A stretch of DNA of 64,000 nucleotides from the NCBI RefSeq assembly GCF_032191835.1, contig NC_083224.1, forward strand, positions 91,202,001 to 91,266,000. The letters are read 5' to 3'. The DNA is from Heteronotia binoei (lineage: Eukaryota). This document shows positions 46,931 through 60,672 of this stretch, one piece after another. The stretch's first letter is position 1; each line of letters begins with the position of its first letter. The position numbers were made by a program, and so were the translations under genes. The notes below the pieces were generated by a model that did no database searches, was not told the DNA's origin, and worked only from the letters and a program-made list of their open reading frames with translations.

Positions 46931-47022
46931 TGCTGCATGTTCTTTGCTTTCTTTTATCTTTTTGCCCATCGACATGGAGGTAATTGTCCATTCTTTCTGT
47001 ATTGCAACATGTACACTGTTTC

Positions 47023-47570
47023 TTTATTTTGGGAATTTATCTCCTGTCTCTTCAGTGTCTTGCCTAAGACAGCTTATGTAAAAAAGTAAAGCATAAAAAA
47101 GCCATTGAGCACCCTAAATATGTCGCAAATCAGACTTCAGAAGCAGACCAGCTAAATCAGGTAAAAATATAAAAACAGTTAAAAGCCTGGGTTTAAGGAA
47201 ATGTTTTGGCCTGGCACTAAAAGAACACATAGTAGATTCTGGGTTAGCCTCAAGGGGGATGGCATTCTTTTAAGAAGGTGCCACCATTGAAAAAGCTCTC
47301 TCTAATCACCACCTGCCTTATGTCTAAATGTGGGGGAACAGAGAGCAGGGCTTGGGAGGCAGATCTTAACCAATGGTCTGGACAGTATGGGAGGAGGCAT
47401 ACCAAGTATCCTGGCTTCAAGACCTTTATGACCTTAAAGGTAAGAACCAAAACTTTGAATAGTGCCTGGAAAGCCAGTGCAGGTGTGGTATAATCTTTGT
47501 TATCAAACCCCTAATGATAGGGTGCTGCAGTTCAGATCAGTTGAAGTTTTGGTCAGTTTTCAAAGGCAGT
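47023..47570 (-). mobile_element. Old L2 3' fragment
   Basis: VLTFKVIKVLKPGYL...LRSASQALLSVPP...FFNGGTFL on the minus strand. Confidence 0.7.
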
Positions 47571-47677
47571 TACCATAAGTTTCTACTTTTTTATTTTTAG
47601 TATTACCTTTAATTATTTTTATAGCATCATAGACATACATAAAGAGTATCATCTATTTGTGTACCTAAAACTTTTCT

Positions 47678-48500
47678 TTGCCACCTTTTCACTCAAATAG
47701 ATTCCCCAAAGGTGGCAAACATCACAACATCAAAACATTTCAATGTTAAAACAGCATTTAAAATATAAGTATATATAAAATACTTGAATAATTCAGTGAA
47801 ACATAAACATACCTAACACAACAAGACAACAGTGGGGGGATGCCAGACCAAACAAAAAAACCCCTCACCTGCTGGCAGAGGACAGCAATAGAAAGACAGA
47901 TGAACCTTCCTAAGGCAGGGAGTTCCAAAGTTTAAGCATCACAACTATTAAGGCCCTATTTTGAGTTGCCATTTCAAATTGTGAGGGCACCTGAAGCAGG
48001 GCCTCTCCAAAGATTACCAGAGTGAACAGGTAGGTTGTTAATCCTTAAAATATGCTGGCCCTGAGATGTACAAGGCTTTAAAGGTCAATACCAGCACCTT
48101 AAATTTGGGCTGGAAGCAAACTGGGAACTAGTATAGAGAGAAAAAGACAGGACTGATATGGTCTCTATTACACACTCCAATGAGTACTCTGGCTGCAGCA
48201 TTCGATACCAACTGTAGTCTACAGGGGCAGTCCCACACAGAGCACATTGCAGTAGTCTAATTTATATATTACTAGGGCATGCACCGAAGTGGCAGAATAT
48301 TTTATACTCAGGAAGAGCTGCAGCTGGATCACCAGCCAAAGCCCATGAAAGACACCTCTGGCTACCACTTCCACCTATTTATCCCTGGACTAGCAGCACT
48401 CCTAAGCTGTGAACATGCTGCATTGGGGGGAATGCAACTTCATCCAGAACAGAAAATTTCCCAGGTTTGGGTGAAACTTTCCCCTCACCAGTAGCACCTC
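47678..48500 (-). mobile_element. Old L2 3' fragment
   Basis: ttagactactgcaatgtgctctg...cagttggtatcgaatgctgcagccaga on the minus strand (LDYCNVL...QLVSNAAAR); HSLGVLL. Confidence 0.7.
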
Positions 48501-49088
48501 CATTTTGTTGGGATTCAGTAATTATGGATGGATCCAATGGTGCATCTGTTGTGGAAAGCATTGAGCTTCCACTTTATAGACTACATGTTTAATGCCATTC
48601 TCAATGTAGGTCTGTCTTGTAAAGAACACAATATCTGCTGTACTTTACACAGTGACTGCACATTATGGGTTGCATCCTATCAGCTGTTCAGTTTGCACAA
48701 GAGAGAAAGAAGGAGCTACTTTTGACCCCCACAAAGGCTATGGTTGGATAGTGTGACCCACAAGCCACACTGCAGTGAAGAGAGAAATTGGGCAAGATCA
48801 CTCCTCTCCCTCTAGTGCCATCAAAAAGGCTGGTGGGATACAGCTGTGAGTAACTCTATTAACATGAAATCTCAGATAGTCTAGGCTCAAACAATTATAT
48901 TGCAAACATGACACCATGGAATAGAAGTCTGACACATTAATTTTATTTTATTTTTAATTTTGTTAAGTATGCAACACTGTAAAGAGGATTCTGGGAGGCA
49001 TATCTGAATGAGACTAAGACTAGCTTGCATCAGCATTCACAGGAGTGGTGTGTCTTAGCTACTTCCTTGTATTCTGTTTCTCTCTTAA

Positions 49089-49220
<132 letters not shown>

Positions 49221-50678
49221 TAAGTGTGTTGTGAACTTCATGGTGTGGTTTAGAATACCTTGTCTTTTCACAGCTGCTTTGGATTGGGGTGCTTAAATTT
49301 CTACTATTACTCCTGCACATGTTGTGCAGTCTTTTAACTCTGGCTTCAAATGTAATGCAATACAACTTTGTCACTAAATTCTATTCTTACTGGAGATGCT
49401 TGTTATTGGTTCACTTTTTTATTTTCATTGTTTTGTTCTTTTCAGCTGCTTTTATGTTGGGATCACAGATACAGGTACTGAACCCTTGCTTTACAGGAAC
49501 ATATATACTAAAAAGATACTGGCTACTGTTTTTTATTAACTTTTAAATTGGAATCTTAGAAATAAAAAACTAGCCATGCACATTATTCCAATTTGCAAGG
49601 TTTTGTTTTCCTGTGTTGCAACTGGAGCTGAAATTAACATGGTTCTCTGAACTGTGCATGGCTTTCGAGCAAGGCTGTAGAGCTAGCACTAACCAGCCAG
49701 AATTACAGAACATTGGCAGGGAACATGCACAGATGTTTTTGGAATTAGTAGTATTCATTGTAGGAAAGGGCCTAAGTGTTTCCAGTTAGAACTCAAAGGC
49801 AAGTCATAGGTGAGCATGTGTTCCTTTGTGTGGCATTCTCTCTCAGTAGGCCTTGGTGGGATGCCATATTCTGCTGTCATCATGACTCCTGGTAATAAAT
49901 TCCATTTCTTTATAAAATGATACCAGCTGAGTTAGTGAAACCTTTAAAGAGTTTGCATCCATCTATGTTCCATGATGTGTTTGGATTCCTGTTACAAAGC
50001 TCTGAGGTGTGAAGGGGTGTCCACATCACCTGTGTAGTATCTTTTAAAGTATAAATTGCTTACTGTTAACTCACATCCTTTGTGTCAGCCTTAAGGATGC
50101 CAGAGTTCTTCCATCCTCTGTGCTATTAGATACGTGTTTAATTCAGGCCATAGGCTCTATCATAGGCTTCTTATACTCCCTTACTTCAAACCCACTTTGA
50201 TAGATAATATATTTTATTATATATTTTAAAAAATATAGATGTTTTGCTGAATTGGTGTTTTAAGTTGGATTTCTCCTAATACATCTAGTTGCTTGGAATA
50301 ATTTTTATCTCCTATTCATATATATATGTAAAGGGTATAGTGGTCTAAAAACAATACCAGAGGAGAGTGAGGTTGGGTACATTCAATGTGAAGCTTTGTT
50401 CTAGATTAGAAGCCCAGTCATATAAATCACAAAGAAGATTAGAAAAATGACCAGGGCCGAGCCTCTGTTCCCAGTTTATAAATAGGAAACAGCGATATTT
50501 GCGTATACTGAAGATGTATGTCACAGGGAGTGTAAAGCATACATACTAAAATTAATGTATTAGTGTTGGAGAATATGTATAAAATCTGGCTCTTTTTTTA
50601 CAATCCAGTTCAAATCTCTTGCTTCCCTTTAACAGTAGACATACTGGATACCTATGTCCTTCTTGCTCCTGTAGTATA

Positions 50679-52178
50679 CAGTATGTCACAGAAGTGAGTA
50701 TTTTGTAAATATTTAAGTATATCTTTTCATGTGACAACACTGAAGAAATGACACTTGGTTACAATGTAAAGTAGTGAGTCTACAGCTTTTATAATAGTGT
50801 AAATGTGCTGTCCCCTCAAAATTATGCAACACACAGCCATTAATGTCTACAACATTTGTCTGATAATGTCCAAATGGGGCCCAAAGTGTCAATATTTTGT
50901 GTGGCCACCATTATTTGCCAGCATCGCCTTAACCCTTTTGGGCACAGAGTTCACCAGAGTTTTCACAGGTGAACATAAAGATGGCCTAGGCTATAAGAAG
51001 ATTGCCAAGACCCTGAAACTGAGCTGCAGCATGGTGGGCAAGACCATACAGCAGTTTAACAGGACAGGTTCCACTCAGAACAGGCCTCGCCATGATCAAC
51101 CAAAGAAGTTGAGTGCCTGTGCTCAGCGTCATATCCAGACGTATGGAAAATAGACGTATGAGCGCTGCCAGCGTTGCTACAGAGGTTGAAGGGGTGGGGG
51201 GTGGGGGTCAGCCTGTCAGTGACCATAAGCCACACACTACATCAAATTAGTCTGCAGGGCTGTCATCCCAGAAGGAAGCCTTTTCTAAAGATGATGCACA
51301 AGAAAGCCCGCAAATGGTTTGCTGCAGACAAGCAGACTAAGGACATGGATTTCTGGAACCATGTCCTGTGGTCCGATGAGACCAAGATAAATTTATTTGA
51401 TTCAGATGGTGTCAAGTGTGTGTGGCGGCAACCAGGTGAGGAGTACAAAGACAAGTGTCTTGCCTACAGTCAAGCATGGTGGTGGGAATGTCATGGTCTG
51501 GGGCTGCATGAGTGCTGCCGGCACTGGGGAGCTACAGTTCATTGAGGGAACCATGAATGTCAACATGCACTGTGACATACTGAAGCAGAGCATGATCCCC
51601 TCCCTTTGGAGATTGGGCCTCAGGGCAGTATTCCAACATGATAACGACCCCAAACACACCTCCAAAACGACCACTGCCTTGCTAAAGAAGCTGAGGGTAA
51701 AGGTGATGGACTGGCCAAGCATGTCTCCAGACCTAAACCCTATTGAGCATCTGTGGGGCATCCTGAAATGGAAGGTGGAGGTGGGCAAGGTCTCTAATGT
51801 CCACCAGCTACGTGACATCATCATGGAGGAGTGGAAGAGGACTCCAGTGGCAACCTGTGAAGCTCTGGTGAACTCTGTGCCCAAGAGGGTTAAGACAGTG
51901 CTGGAAAATAGTAGTTGCCACACAAAATATTGGCACTTTGGGCCCCATTTGGACATTATCACTTTGGGGTGTACTCACTTTTGTTGCCAGCAGTTTAGAC
52001 ATTAATGGCTGTGTGTTGCGTGATTTTGAGGGGACAGCACATTTACACTGTTATACAAGCTGTAGACTCACTACTTTACATTGTAGCCAAGTGTCATTTC
52101 TTCAGTGTTGTCACATGAAAAGTTATACTTAAATATTTACAAAATGTGAGGGGGTGTACTCACTTCTGTGACATCCTG
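50679..52178 (+). mobile_element. Tc1-family (DD34E, IR/DR type) DNA transposon, non-autonomous
   Basis: TA|CAGTATGTCACAGAAGTGAGTA...TACTCACTTCTGTGACATCCTG|TA; inverted repeats of about 200 bp or more; transposase remnants. Confidence 0.93.
50974..51935 (+). pseudogene. Tc1 transposase, N-terminally truncated and frameshifted
   Basis: GYKKIAKTLKL...GSTQNRPR, GCHPRRKPFL, VLWSDETK, TVKHGGGNVMVWGC, FQHDNDPKH-(34 aa from the D)-PDLNPIEHLW. Confidence 0.92.
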
Positions 52179-53169
52179 TATATCTTGGGTCAGTTCTTTA
52201 GAAAATAAGTACTTCTTGTTTTCAAAAGAACTATTTACATGACTTTCAGTTTTGAGTCATGGAGGATTTAGGTGCTTCTCAGCAGAGGAGCAGACCAGAG
52301 CCTCTGTTCTGGGCAGAGAAGGTGATCCTAACACCTGCTGCCTTCTTCTCCCAGGCAGGGAGAAGCCCAAGACATGCATGTTAAATTCTGAGGAAATTTG
52401 CTTTGGCTGACGAGGAATTCCAGTGGAGTTCCTTTTTGGCTTTGAAGGGTCCCCGGAGAAGGATTGCATTCCAAAGTCTACAGAGGATTTCTGAGGTCAT
52501 TAAATTGACTTAAATTCCCCAGGATTCAAAGCTTCTTTGGAACTGAATAACGTCTACTTTTGAAGAGAATGGTGTTTAAAAGGATCGCAGTTCTAAAGGT
52601 AAAAGATCTTTATCTATCACTCCGGGACTAAAATAAGACTTATTTGAAATAAAGATAAAGGTCTGGATCCAACTACGTTATATTAAAGTAAGGAAGATAA
52701 AGGAAAGGGTAAATTTGGGACTAATGAACTTGGAGGAAGTGGCCATTAAGAGAAGGGAAAATTGAAAGCCTCCTAGCCCACTTTGGAACCATAAATCACA
52801 GAGAAGTATCGGCGGCCATTAAAAAAAGGTCAAAAGTTAAAAAAATTTTTAAAAGTAAACGGGACTTAAAAAAATAGTGGAGCTGGCAGATATCATCATT
52901 AAAAGGTGTGATCTATTGGAGTATATATTTTGATTCAATTTTGGAGCACTCTAGGAGAAAAAAGAAATTTTTAAAAAAAGGAAACAGAAAAGCCATGGAC
53001 ACTATTTTGAAGAAAATAAGACTTTAAAAAATTAATATCTCGACTTAGGAGCCTCTGAGAACAGCGATTTTAGGCTCATTTAAAAGGGCATGCCTTAATC
53101 TATAAGACTGTGATATTGAAAATTAATTAGATGAGGTCAACTTCTGAGCCTATTTCTCAATGGGCAGAC

Positions 53170-54014
53170 AATGATGTCTGTGAATAAAGCAGGAGCAAAA
53201 AAGTTTCGTACAAGGGCTAGGACACTTGAAGAAGCAAAAATGTCTAAATGGCAGGAGGCAATAGAGGCCATGGAGGCAAGATTGGTAAAAGTAATAAAGG
53301 ATTCAATAACAGAGTAAGAAATAATTTTAAAAGGACATTGAATCCAGTGCAGAGGTGATAAAAAAAGAATTTAAAAAAGAAATTGAGGATCTCAGAAAAG
53401 ACTCCCAAGCAGCGTTAAAGAAAGTGCAGGAGGTTGAAGAAAAGGTGAAAGACCAAGACTCAAGGATTGACACATTGGATTCCACTATTAAAAAAATGCA
53501 GGAGAAAGCAGTGTTGCAAGACTGTAAACTAATGGAAAACCAGATATGTTTGAGAGGGGTGCTTGAATCTTTTGAGACTGATTTAAGGACATACATTATA
53601 AAAATCATTGCTGTTTTGAGGGGATGACCCTGATGAAACTAGTTATTTGTATGATTATATTTACAGAGTTAATTCAGACTATGCCAGAAAAAAACAAACT
53701 ACCAAGAGATGTGGTAGTAAGATTTGTGACAAGAGATATGGTGGGAAAGATTCTAAGTAAATAATTTGAAAATGCATTGGAGGTGGATGACAGTAGTGTA
53801 AGAATCATGAAAAAAATTGCCAAGGAAAGTTATAAATGACAGGAGACTATACAAAAAACTGACTGAAAAGCTGAGAGAAAATGAAATGAGATACAGATGG
53901 ATGCTTCCAGAGGGTCTAAGTTTTGAATATAAAGGAAAGAGATTTACAATTACAAGCACTCAGGAAATGACAAAGTTTTTAGATGAACATAAGGAGTTTG
54001 GGAGTACAGATTAA
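53170..54014 (+). pseudogene. L1 ORF1 remnant
   Basis: Coiled-coil-like IKKEFKKEIEDLRKD...RIDTLDS, then ICLRGV, ttaccaagagatgtggtagta (LPRDVVV), YRWMLPEGLSFEYKG. Confidence 0.75.
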
Positions 54015-54026
54015 AAATAGAAAATC

Positions 54027-57000
54027 ATGATGGATTACAAATTAATATCTTGGAATGTAAATGGACTTAATTCACCACAAAAAAGAAAGGCAACGTTTCA
54101 TTGGATTGGAAAACAAAAATGTAATATAATTGGCCTACAAGAAGTACACATTAAAAAATGAATTACAAATTTTTATGGAATAAACAACTGGGTGTGGAAT
54201 TTTGTTCATTGGCTAAGGAGAAAAAAAGGGGTGTTGTTTTTTATGTTAAACAAGAATTGGACCCAAAATTGATTTTTAAGATGATGGCAGATATATTGCA
54301 GTGGAAGTGATGTTAAAATATAAAAGAACTTTGTTTTTGGGATTGTATGCCCCAAATGGAGCAAAAAACTCTTTCTTTAAAGATATTATTCAACAATTAG
54401 ACCAAGTGACATATGAGCAAATTATGTTAATGGGGGATTTTAATGGAACAGTTAAAAATATTTTGGACAGATCTGGGAAAAAAAATAACGAAAGAAAATT
54501 ACCAAAGTCATTTTTTGGGTTAGTAAAGCAAGAAAGTTTGGAAGATATATGGAGGGAATTTAACCCTAAAGAATGTGATTATACTTTATTTTCAGCAAGG
54601 CATAATTCTTTCTCAAGAATTGATATGCTATGGAGTACAAAAAATCTTGGACTTATATAGAAAAAATAGATTCTTCCTAAAGTAGGGGCAGACCACAATC
54701 CATTAATATGGTCTACAAAACCCGTGAAAAAGACTCTTAAGATGGAGGATAAATGAAGATTTGCTACAGAAAAAGGAAGTCGTGGTGTCTCTGGAAAAGG
54801 AAACCAAGCCTTTCTTTCAAATAAAACTGTGGGATGCATATAAAGCGGTAATGAGGGGTATCTTAATTGCATTGAACAATAAAGATAAAAGAGCCAAAAA
54901 CAAGCTAATGGTGGATATTCAGAAAGAGATTGTAAAAAAGGAGGAGCTTAAAAAGAGACTGGGGAAAAAGAAAATTATAAGGGAAATTACAATATTACAA
55001 AGTCAATTGAGACATTTGTTAAATAAAGAAGTGGAATGGAATTTAAAAAGACTTCAACAGAAATCTTTTGAAGGAGCAAATAAACCTGAAAAATATTTGG
55101 CCTGGCAAATGAAGAAAAAAAGGGGGAATAAAATTATTAACAAAATTGTATCAGGAGGTAAGGATATTGTTGCACAGGAAGAAATTAAAAGAGAATTTTA
55201 TAAATATTATGCCAAGTTGTTTAAAGGTCAAAAGGTGGACAAGGGAAAAATTGAAGTATATTTACAGAAAATTAAAGTAAATCCCTTAACAGAAAATATG
55301 GAGAAAGTATTAAATGAACCAATTGAAAGAGGAGAAGTAGAGGCGGCAATCAATGCAATGAAATTAGGGAAAGCACCCAGTCCAGATGGTTTTATGGCAA
55401 AATTTTATAAAGTGCTCGTGGAGGCGTTAGCACCAAAACTTCAGAAATTGATGACTATTATAAGAACAGATGGGAAAATACCTAACACATGGAAAGAAGC
55501 AATAATTTCATTGATACCGAAAGAAGACTTAACAATGACTTTAAAATATATGCTAGAATTTTAGCAAACGCCTTAAACAGCATTTGAACAATGTAATTAA
55601 AGAAGAGCAAGCAGGATTTCTTCCCATGAGGCAAATTTGAGATAATATCAGAACAGTGGTAGACATTATCGAATATTATACGAAACATCCGGAAAAAGAA
55701 GTAGCATTATTTTTTGCAGATGCAGAGAAAGCATTTGATAATGTGCAATGGGATTTTATGTTTGTGGTGATGGAGAAAATGAGATTGGGAGAAGATTTTA
55801 TAAGAATGGTGAAGGCGATATATACTGAACAACAAGCAAGACTCTATAAATGCAGACTTGATGGAAAAGATGACAATTAGTTAAGGAACAAGACAAGGTT
55901 GCACTCTATCTCCATTGATATTTATAATGACTTTAGAGGTTTTGCTTCTGCAAACTCAAGAAGATAAGGAGATAGAGGGTTTGAAACTGAGGGGTTTTTC
56001 TTAGAAATACAGAGCGTTTGCAGATGATGTAATGTTTATAAATGAAAATCCCACTCATGTAACACCATTATTGCTTCGTAAGATACAAGAGTATGGAGAA
56101 CTGGCAGGTTTTTATATAAACAAAGAAAAATCGAAAATATTGTGCAAAAATGTCAAAGAGTAAACAGAAAGAACTACAAAATTTAACAAAATGTGAAGTT
56201 ACTTCTAAAGTAAAATACTTAGGTGTAGAAATAACAACAAAAAATATTGATTTGTACAAAAATAATTATGAGAAGCTTTGGCGTAAGATTGATGGAGATT
56301 TGATAAGATAGAACAAGTTGAATTTGTCTTTACTGGGCAGAATTTCCGCAATTAAAATGAATGTCTTACCAAGAATTATGTTCCTGTTTCAAACAATTCC
56401 AATAGTGAAAGATAATAAACAATTTAACAAATGGCAAAGGAAAATCTCATAATTTGTATGGGCTGGGAAAAAACCAATAATTAAAATGAAAATTTTGATT
56501 GATGCAAAAGAAAGGGGAGGTTTCCAACTACCTTATTTAAGGCTGTATCATGATGCAGTATGCTTGGTGTGGATTAAGGAATGGATGATGTTATTAAATA
56601 GAAAACAACTTGTACTAGAAGGTCATGGAAAGTTTTTGGTTGGCATGCATACATGTGTTATCTAAAAAATAAGATGGATGGGTTTTTTACACATCACTAT
56701 ATAAGAAGCAATGTGTTAAATACATGACTAAACTATAAAAGATATGGAGAGGAAAGGAAACCGCTTTGGATTGTGCCAACTGAAGTAATAAAACTATATT
56801 TTGATATCAATGAAGAGAAATGGCTATTATACAAACAATTGTTAAAAATACATGGAGAAAAGGTAGAATTAAAATCAGCTGAAGAATTACAATGCAAATA
56901 TAACTGGTTTCAACTGCAACAGATTAAGAGTTTGCTTGAACAGGACATTAAAAATGATGGAATAAGACAAGAACAAACAGAACTGGAGAGAATGCTGTTT

Positions 57001-57660
57001 GGTGATAACGAAAAATTGATTTCAAGAATTTATAAACTATTGTTGAAATGCTCTACGGAAGATGAAGTAGTCAAATCTCAAATGATAAAATGGGCGATAA
57101 ATATAAATAAGGAAATACAGATGGAGTCATGGGAGTACTTATGGAAGAACTCTATGAAGATATCGACATATAACGTTAAAGAAAACTGTTTCAAAATGTT
57201 ATATAGGTGGTATATGACACCTAAGAAATTGGCAAAAATGAATAATCAGGTGTCGGACAGATGTTGGAAATGTAAAAAACATGAAGGATCTTTCTACCGT
57301 ATGGGTTGGACTTGTGAAAAAGCAAAACAATTTTGGCAAATGATTCAGCAAGAGATCTTCAAAATTTTGGATTATAATATTAAGAAGGCACCAGAAATCT
57401 TTTTGTTGGGATTACAAATGGAAAAATTTCCGAAACAAGATAGAACGATAATTTGGTACATGCTTTCAGCTGCAAGGACATTTATATGCGCAGATGTGGA
57501 AGCAGGATAAAATACCAGAAAAATGGGACTGGTCTTTAAAAGTTATGCTTGGGAGTGAAATGGACAAACTTACAAGAATCTTAAAAGAAAATGATTTAGA
57601 GAAGTTTAAAAATGAATGGGGAAAATTTCAAATATATATTGAAAAACTGGAAAGTTAAAG
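54027..57660 (+). pseudogene. L1 ORF2 remnant (EN, RT, Cys-rich C-terminus), many frameshifts
   Basis: KLISWNVNGLN, GLQEVH, LYAPN, MGDFN, SRIDMLW, GKAPSPDGF, FADAEKAFDNVQW, GTRQGC, YRAFADD, DRCWKCKKHEGS. Confidence 0.93.
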
Positions 57661-60129
57661 GATATTTGACAATTTTTTACAATAGTTGAACATTGGAGGA
57701 AGTATACATGGACTATAGCTAAAAAGTGGAAATATGGGAATATTCTTAATTTTCTCTTGATAAGGACTAAAGGACTACAATAAAAAGGACTATAATTATA
57801 ACATATGGTTTTTTCCTTTCTATTTTTTTGCTGTAAGATTTTTTAATGAAGATTCTTTATTTGATATTACCTTTTAGTTTTAGCAATTTACTTAAACTAC
57901 ACCTTTGGAGGTCATGAAAAGGGGGAGGGAGGAGAAAAATGTAATATTTTTGTATGAATTTTTAATAATAAATGATGAGTATTATTGCAATATATAACAG
58001 AATAATAAAATTGTTTTAAACGAAAAGAACTATTTACATTAGAAGTAATACATGTCTTTAGACCTGCTGATCTTTTCCTTCTCCCGCGTATGAATTGTAC
58101 GGTAGAAACTGTCAAGACATCCAGTATCTAAGATATGATTTAATGATTATTTACTAGTCTAGAAGAAAGCTGTAAATTTCAGTGCAGCTTGTTAACCTGT
58201 TATATCAGAATATTTCCATCAAATATGTGTTGATTACATTAGTGTCTAAGGCATTTTTAAAGCATTACCATTGTCTTTTTTGTCTTCTCTCCACAGCCCA
58301 GTAAAAAGAAATGTGATTTGCAGCTAATAAAGAGCATAGCCAGAAATTGTCTGAGTTGCTTTAACACCAAAGAAGATTAAATAAAACTCCCTTACCCTTT
58401 GAAGTCCTACTGTACTCAATAGGGCTGTTTATAATCTCACACCCAAAAATATATGGGGAAGGGGGCGCACATACACTTTTCTGCCTTTAGTGTAACCCAA
58501 CAATCCTGATAGATACAGTATTCCCCTGCTCACGTTAGGGGAATGACTGTATTCCCCTATCAACAAATGTGTAAATGAGCATGCCTCAGTGTATGGTTGG
58601 ATTGCTGAAATATATCCATGAGCTCTGAAATGTTTCTGATATTTGCACTCTGATGCAGACAGCTGTTTCTGAGCACAAATGATAAAAATCTATCCACCTG
58701 TAGTCTATATATCTGTCCCTAGCAGCTGCTGCACATAGAAACATCTTGTATTACAGCATCTTTAGCTATGTGACAATATCTAGATCAAGCCAAAGCATAT
58801 ACTCTGTGTCCTTTGGCAGCTTAAAACAGGAATCCAGACCTACTTAGACCAGTAAGGGCAAGAAAGCATTATGATGATTTGTAAAGAATTCCTGAAGCTT
58901 ACGTTGGCCCTATAGGATGTCCTGCTATTGTTGAAGTAGATTTCTTTTATAAGCTAGATCACTTAGCTGGATTTAATGGAATGGAGTGTCTGCTCACCTT
59001 GTTGTGTCATTCAGTTAAATGTCTTTTGAAGTAATCCTTTCTGCATGCCATCTCATCACTGGATATGTAGTTTTGTGCATAATCCTTCTAAAAGAAACAT
59101 AAACTGAAATATTAGAATGCCTTGTGTTACTGCTTGTAAATGCTGGCTGTAGCTTGCTCAGCAAACACCTTACAAGCACATTATTAGCCTCCCTGTTGTG
59201 AATAGTATATCATATGATCGTATCTGCAGGGTAATAAAAATGCTGTGTAGCAGCAGCCCAATAAAATGTTCCCAAGCAACAGAGTATGGTAAACAATGTA
59301 CAGTTTTCCAGTTCCAGGGTGAGCAAGGTTTGTCTGTCATAATAGACATTCCTATACTTTCCCATGACATTCTCTTCTTTGTCCCACATTGCATTTTATT
59401 CCAAAAGGAAATGTGTGTTGAACTGAGGGACGTCTGTTTTTAATATAGCTGTTTTCTTCTGGCGAAGAGTGTAGCTTTGTTTCTCTGATATGATTGTTGA
59501 GTGCATGAAATCTTTCCCTTTCAGGTATTACTGCAGGTAAAGGATAACTATATCCTTCAAAGTGAATAGCCTCTCTCTTAATTGAGAATTCCTTCTTGCC
59601 CAGTACAATTGTCTTGAATATTTCTTGAGCAAGTTGGCTATTTCTTATATTGTGGTGCAGTTATTTGTGTTGGTTTTACCCTTGGTAGGATATGAACCCC
59701 TTAGGTCTCCACTGGGAGATGCTGATCTTGTTGTAGTTTATAGTGGTAGTAATGTATATTTATAATCCTATTGTGTTTTATATGTAATTTAAAATACCTA
59801 TATCCTGCCTTTTTTAATTAGCCCAAGGCAGCTTACAAACATAATCACAATGCCTAAAATGTTTAATACAGTGATACAAAATAAAAGTGTAGGCTCTAAA
59901 TGGAGTGGCAGATAAATGCATTGATTTCTTGTTTAAAAGATAAATTCACTCTAGTTTTAAAAAATAACATCAAGAGAGCCTACTGGAAAAGGACAGACTT
60001 GCAAGTCCAGTAGAAGTCATCAGAGATTAAGCCTTACTGACCACCTACAGGAATTTGTTCCATAATACAGGGGAAGGAATAGAAAAGTCTGGAAATTGCC
60101 AGGGGCAGTATGTACCATATACTTCTTTG

Positions 60130-60672
60130 GTGGGCTCTCCTTTTTTGGAGGTTTTTAAGCAGAGGCTAGCTGGCCATCTGGCAGTAATGCTGATTCTGTG
60201 AACTTAGGCAGATCACAAGAAGGAGGGGAGGAAAGGCTGCATCAGTGCTTAGTTTTCAAGACCCTTTCTTACACACCTGGAGAAATGCTGTTCGCCACTT
60301 TGGAGTCAGGCAGCAATTTTTCTCCAGGCCAGTTTTGCCAGTGATCCTGGAGAGGGTTGGTTTGGGGTTTTGTTGCCACTTTCTGAGCTTGAAGCAGGGG
60401 TCACTGGGTGTATGTGTGTAGGGAGGGAGTACTTGTGAATTTCCTGCCCTGTGCAGAGGGTTGAACTAGATTTATTTATTTTATTTTATTGGATTTATAT
60501 CCCGCCCTCCCCGCCGAAGCAGGCTCAGGGCGGCTTACAACAATAAAAACATTTACAAATATTGAGCATTAACTAATTAAAACCTTAAACAGTATAAAAA
60601 AAGATATTAGAACAATTTGGTGCTAGATTCCAAGATGACCCTGGGGCTTCCTTCCAACTCTGATTCTGTGAT
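60130..60672 (+). mobile_element. CR1 3' fragment interrupted by a minus-strand L2 tail (60472-60622)
   Basis: CR1 ...gggttgaactagat | gaccctgggg...ccttccaactctgattc is split by ttatttattt...atcccgccctccccgccgaagcaggctcagggcggc; ctagat occurs on both sides. Confidence 0.8.

Larger units (their letters stand above)
52241..58022 (+). mobile_element. Full-length L1 LINE, decayed, with 17-bp TSD
   Basis: TSD AAAAGAACTATTTACAT at 52224-52240 and 58023-58039; 5'UTR, ORF1, ORF2, AATAAA at 58004-58009. Confidence 0.93.
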
